Source: Candidatus Saccharimonadales bacterium (GTDB lineage Bacteria > Patescibacteriota > Saccharimonadia > Saccharimonadales > JBBQAJ01). From it: a DNA stretch of 64,000 nucleotides. Shown one piece after another: positions 57,423-64,000 of the stretch. A program made the translations under genes and the position numbers. The notes below the pieces were generated by a model that ran no database searches, was not told the origin of the DNA, and saw nothing but the letters and a program-made list of their open reading frames with translations. The first letter of the stretch is position 1. Every line of letters begins with the position of its first letter. Location: positions 92,882-156,881 of the forward strand of contig JBBQAJ010000001.1 in assembly GCA_038316195.1 (NCBI GenBank), written 5' to 3'.

Positions 57423-57461
57423 AAGTCTAATTATAAATGACCATAGAAGCGTTACCTAACT

Positions 57462-58361
57462 CTATTGGATTTGACGAAGTCGAGCCTGAAGTGCATTTAC
57501 ATCTATAGATGAAGTTGGCAATTTTATCTGCGATTTGTCACCATATGCTGCGAAGTTTTCGACTCTTACGGAGTTTTCATAACTTATTTTTGTAAGCTGT
57601 CCAGACCAAACGTCAATATCGAAAGTAAATTTTAGTGGAGCGCTGTTTGCATACTGAGCTGGATCTATTTGTTCAAGTTGATTTATCCCAATATCTTTCG
57701 CAAAACTTTTTAACATAGAAACATATGCAACCGGAGCAACTTCAACACCATAAGAATAAACTGGGCGACCATTTAAAATCTGACGTTTTGTGTTCGAAGA
57801 ATCATATTTGTACACGACATCTTTTTTAATTTGTTTGATTAAGTTTGCTTTTTGGGACTTAGGCAAGTTAGCTATAGGTACAACCCCGAGTACTGTTTGA
57901 TCATATAGTTGCGCCCCACTACCGGTGGAACTCGCTTTATCTGATTTCCCCCAGATACCTAGAACTGACGAGAAATTAAAACCTGCCCCCGATGTGCTTT
58001 TTTGTGTTGTGGATATATCCGTGTAACGAACAAAATCATACAAAGGCGATGCAATACTTTCTGTTTTGATTTGAGTATCAGAATTTGCACCCTGACCTAA
58101 AATACTTCTAGAGTGAACCCGTTGTTCTGGCTGTGTTACTAATAATGACTTTTCTTCAAGACTTTGCGAACCACCGGATTGAGTGATTATCTTTGCGACA
58201 GAAGTACTAGCCAAACTATTAGTCAACATTCTGTCAAATACGTTAGATGGGCTGCTATATATAGCTTTGAACCAGTAGAATACACTAGCAATTAATATAA
58301 CTATTCCAATTAAAATAATGGTATTGATAAAAGATAATTTGAGTTTAATAGTTTTAGGCAT
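57462..58361 (-). CDS. hypothetical membrane-anchored protein
   Basis: Start trimmed to ATG 58361 (MPKTIKLKLSFINTIILIGIVILIAS...). The track start at 58427 reads through the tRNA-Ala gene. Confidence 0.5.
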   Translation of the reverse strand: MPKTIKLKLSFINTIILIGIVILIASVFYWFKAIYSSPSNVFDRMLTNSLASTSVAKIITQSGGSQSLEEKSLLVTQPEQRVHSRSILGQGANSDTQIKTESIASPLYDFVRYTDISTTQKSTSGAGFNFSSVLGIWGKSDKASSTGSGAQLYDQTVLGVVPIANLPKSQKANLIKQIKKDVVYKYDSSNTKRQILNGRPVYSYGVEVAPVAYVSMLKSFAKDIGINQLEQIDPAQYANSAPLKFTFDIDVWSGQLTKISYENSVRVENFAAYGDKSQIKLPTSSIDVNALQARLRQIQ

Positions 58362-58382
58362 TGCTTTATTGTAACAGATAAT

Positions 58383-58459
58383 TGGTGGAGCATATCGGAT
58401 TCGAACCGATGACCTCTTCCATGCCATGGAAGCGCGCTAGCCGACTGCGCCAATGCCCC
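58383..58459 (-). tRNA. tRNA-Ala (anticodon GGC), CCA encoded
   Basis: Hand-folded: acceptor GGGGCAU/AUGCUCC with the G3-U70 identity pair, A73, anticodon arm CUUCC-AUGGCAU-GGAAG, T arm AUCGG-UUCGAAU-CCGAU. 77 nt. Confidence 0.9.
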
Positions 58460-58534
58460 AAAAAAATAACTATAAAATTGTAGCATAACAGTGACTCCTA
58501 GTAACCTTGTACTTTTTTAAAGAATTTAATGCAA

Positions 58535-61513
<2,979 letters not shown>

Positions 61514-61536
<23 letters not shown>

Positions 61537-62389
61537 TTAGTCTTGCTATCCTGTCAGCAATCGGAGGATGGGTACTAAACAGAGATGCTAACATCCCTTT
61601 TTTGAGAGGATTGGCAAAAAACAAATGTGCCGTCGATGGATTTTGTCGTTTTAATGTTCCACCATATTTACTTATTTTTTCCAATGCACTTGCTAGCCCT
61701 TCTGGATATCGTGTTGTAAGTGCTCCAGTTGCATCTGCTAAGTATTCTCTTTTACGAGAGATTGCCATCTGGATAATCACTGCAATAAGTGGAGCTAGAA
61801 TGGCTGCTGCTATTCCAACAATCATAATAACAGGGCTGTTGCTTTCGTCATCATTGCTTCTGAACCAAGTCATACGTAATATGATATCTGCGATTATTGA
61901 TATAACAGCAACTAGCGCAAACGCAATCATTGCAATCCTTATGTCATAATTTTTTACATGACCTAATTCATGTGCTATCACGCCTTCAAGTTCTTTGTCA
62001 TTCATAATTTCAAGAAGGCCGGTGGTTACCCCAACTATTGCATGATCAGGATCTCTTCCTGTAGCAAACGCATTAGGAGAAGAGTCTTGAATAATGTAAA
62101 CATTAGGCATGGTCATACCGTTAGTGATAGCTAGATTTTCTACAGTCCTCCAAAGTCTAGGATCATCGGATTTTTGAATTTGTTTTGCCCCGTTTAATGC
62201 CATAGCCATTTTTGAACCTGCAAAGTAGCTAAAAATAGTATAAATACCTGCACCAATTAATACGTAAGGTGTGATTCTTGAATCACCTGCATATAAACCA
62301 AATACATAGCTAAGTCCCCCAACAAGCGCTACAAAAAACACCATCATATATATTGTTTTGCGCTTATTGACAGCAATTTCAGAATACAT
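61514..62389 (-). CDS. htpX: zinc metalloprotease HtpX (M48)
   Basis: 291 aa with VIAHELGHVKNYD and TM helices in the HtpX arrangement. Confidence 0.9.
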
Positions 62390-62410
62390 GGTTAAAATTT
62401 AGGTTAAAAT

Positions 62411-62977
62411 TTAGAATTTAACTTCAGTAGGTTTTGATGCTACTTCTGTTTCAGCTTCATCTAATTCAAAAAACTCCCGGACTTTGAAACCTAACATTCC
62501 TGCAAAAATATTATTAGGGAACACTAGGATTTTGGTGTTTAGATCTCTTGCTGATCCATTATAAAACCTTCTACTAGCTTGTATTTTGTCTTCTGTGTCA
62601 ACAAGGTCATTTTGAAGTTGTAAAAAGTTCTGGTTTGCCTTTAAATCAGGGTTACTTTCTGCAACTGCAAATACGCTTTTCAATGCTCCTGACAGCATGT
62701 TTTCAGTTTGAGCAACATCTTTTACAGATGTTTGTCCACTTACTGTACCAGCACGTTCTTTGGCAATATTTTCTAATGTTTCGGCTTCGTGTTTAGCATA
62801 ACCTTTTACAGTATTGACTAGGTTTGGAATCAAATCTAGTCGACGCTTAAGCTGCACAGTTATGTCGCTCCATGCCTCGTCGACTCTTACGTTTAGCCGT
62901 ACTAAACCGTTATACATGGCAATCCCAGCAATCAAAATGACTACTACTACGATTCCGACAATTATTAATGCAGACAT
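62411..62977 (-). CDS. lemA: LemA family protein
   Basis: 188 aa with an N-terminal TM and the RRFYNGSARDLN block. Confidence 0.85.
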   Translation of the reverse strand: MSALIIVGIVVVVILIAGIAMYNGLVRLNVRVDEAWSDITVQLKRRLDLIPNLVNTVKGYAKHEAETLENIAKERAGTVSGQTSVKDVAQTENMLSGALKSVFAVAESNPDLKANQNFLQLQNDLVDTEDKIQASRRFYNGSARDLNTKILVFPNNIFAGMLGFKVREFFELDEAETEVASKPTEVKF

Positions 62978-63109
62978 TGAATTTTACCCCTGTTTAATCA
63001 ATATACATATTTTATCATACTAAGTAGGTCTTTCGAGCATCTTCGCTATTGAAGTTAGCTAGATTTCAAATTAAACCATATTGTATGCTAAATGTAAAAA
63101 ATATCCTGT

Positions 63110-63730
63110 TTAGTCAGTCCAAACTCGTGTTCGTCCAAGCAGTAATCGTGCAAACACAATCTGTATATGCAGTGAAACTCCAAACAAGATTGCAGCTAAG
63201 CCAAATATCAGCCAATCGGTCACCTGACCATGCCCTCCTAGGGCAACAAATCCTGTAACCGCAAAATAACTAAGAACATATCTGATGCTGACAGTTATAA
63301 AAGTTGCCCATAACGCAGCAACCAGCATTCTGTACGCAATCGAGACTAAATCATTTCGAATAAGCGTGGCTTTACTTTGGTGGATATATCCCATTTCTTT
63401 TGTTTGTTCTTCAAAGGTTGTTATGATTCCCATAGCTGAAGTAATTAAAACAAATGTACATAATCCTACAAAGGCCCACAGTCCAAAAACTACTGCCCTG
63501 CCAAGTATATCACTGCTCAACAGTTGTTTAATAAGTGGTCCGTAACTATCTTTTGATGAATCAATTAGTGACTGGCTGGCGTCATTCCCAAACATTAGAC
63601 TCAAAAATGCATCACCACCGAGTCGTGGAATGATTATAAAAAATATGACTACAAAAATACCGATTGCCGAGAACCCAATACTTGCAGTAGAAGGCTTGAT
63701 AACATCGACTTTATGTACATCCTGACTCAT
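63110..63730 (-). CDS. hypothetical polytopic membrane protein
   Basis: 206 aa with 5-6 TM helices. Family unknown. Confidence 0.45.
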   Translation of the reverse strand: MSQDVHKVDVIKPSTASIGFSAIGIFVVIFFIIIPRLGGDAFLSLMFGNDASQSLIDSSKDSYGPLIKQLLSSDILGRAVVFGLWAFVGLCTFVLITSAMGIITTFEEQTKEMGYIHQSKATLIRNDLVSIAYRMLVAALWATFITVSIRYVLSYFAVTGFVALGGHGQVTDWLIFGLAAILFGVSLHIQIVFARLLLGRTRVWTD

Positions 63731-63769
63731 GTAAGTTGATTATAACAGTAATCGATTATGTTTTGGTTG

Positions 63770-63806
63770 AAAAATTAAAAATGGTTCTATCTATTCAGAT
63801 AGAACC
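63770..63806 (-). terminator. intrinsic terminator after the tRNA-Cys/tRNA-Leu pair
   Basis: Minus-strand RNA reads GGUUCUAUC-UGAAUA-GAUAGAACC followed by AUUUUUAAUUUUUC. The 9-bp stem is perfect. Confidence 0.7.
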
Positions 63807-63814
63807 AAATTTTA

Positions 63815-63902
63815 TGGTGCGCGAGGTGGGACTTGAACCCACAATGCTTATTCAGCCAACGGATTTTAAGTCCGTCGCGTATACCAATTCCGCCACTCGC
63901 GC
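63815..63902 (-). tRNA. tRNA-Leu (anticodon UAA), CCA encoded
   Basis: Acceptor GCGCGAG/CUCGCGC, A73, anticodon loop CUUAAAA, long variable arm, T arm GUGGG-UUCAAGU-CCCAC. 88 nt. Confidence 0.9.
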
Positions 63903-63906
63903 ATTC

Positions 63907-63980
63907 TGGAGGTGCGTACGGGTACTGCCCCCGTCTACTGGGTTTTGCAGACCCATGCCTAACTTCTCGGCCAACGCACC
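63907..63980 (-). tRNA. tRNA-Cys (anticodon GCA) with non-canonical D-loop/T-loop, CCA encoded
   Basis: Acceptor GGUGCGU/ACGCACC, U73, anticodon arm UGGGU-CUGCAAA-ACCCA. The T arm is ACGGG-GGCAGUA-CCCGU (no UUC in the loop) and the D loop lacks the GG pair. 74 nt, 4 nt upstream of tRNA-Leu. Confidence 0.6.
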
Positions 63981-64000
63981 CTAACTATGATGATTATACC

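Noticed and set aside
58362-58427. N-terminal 22 codons of track ORF 57462..58427
   Set aside because: This segment is the reverse strand of the tRNA-Ala gene (MAWKRSSVRIRYAPP...). The CDS was trimmed to the ATG at 58361, which begins a typical Lys-rich anchor.
63736-63984. 82-aa plus-strand ORF
   Set aside because: It runs antisense across the terminator, tRNA-Leu and tRNA-Cys. It is explained entirely by the RNA genes.

Overview
AT-rich, very gene-dense chromosomal window with about 60 protein genes and 4 tRNAs. Most genes are on the minus strand, many overlap by 1-20 nt, and the standard bacterial code fits. I saw no rRNA, CRISPR array, transposase, integrase or prophage signature. Three things suggest a Patescibacteria/CPR organism, probably Saccharibacteria-like (inference only): housekeeping genes with unusual extensions, Gram-positive-type wall genes, and many Lys-rich N-terminally anchored secreted proteins. 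Housekeeping content: pheST, typA, metK behind a SAM-riboswitch-like leader, rpsP-KH-trmD, rnc, nusB, rpmF, leuS, ddl-murF, ligA, htpX-lemA, and tRNA-Gln, -Ala, -Leu and -Cys. Candidates worth follow-up: (1) a coupled GT2 + GtrA + polytopic-membrane/PIG-L-deacetylase operon (25845-29795) that looks like a three-component envelope glycosylation system with a built-in de-N-acetylation step. (2) A respiratory island (30313-44792) holding an orphan cytochrome b6-like protein with a novel outer domain, cyoABCD with CyoD fused to a Cys-less cupredoxin-like domain (free paralogue at 12724-13107), heme O synthase, an FAD oxidase and NDH-2. (3) A shared N-terminal anchor-plus-motif module on three unrelated secreted enzymes. 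(4) Several RNA-level oddities: the SAM-clan riboswitch, terminator-like leaders before typA and a ZIP transporter, an orphan terminator in a divergent spacer, and a tRNA-Cys with a non-canonical elbow. All functional calls come from reading motifs by eye; no database search was run.
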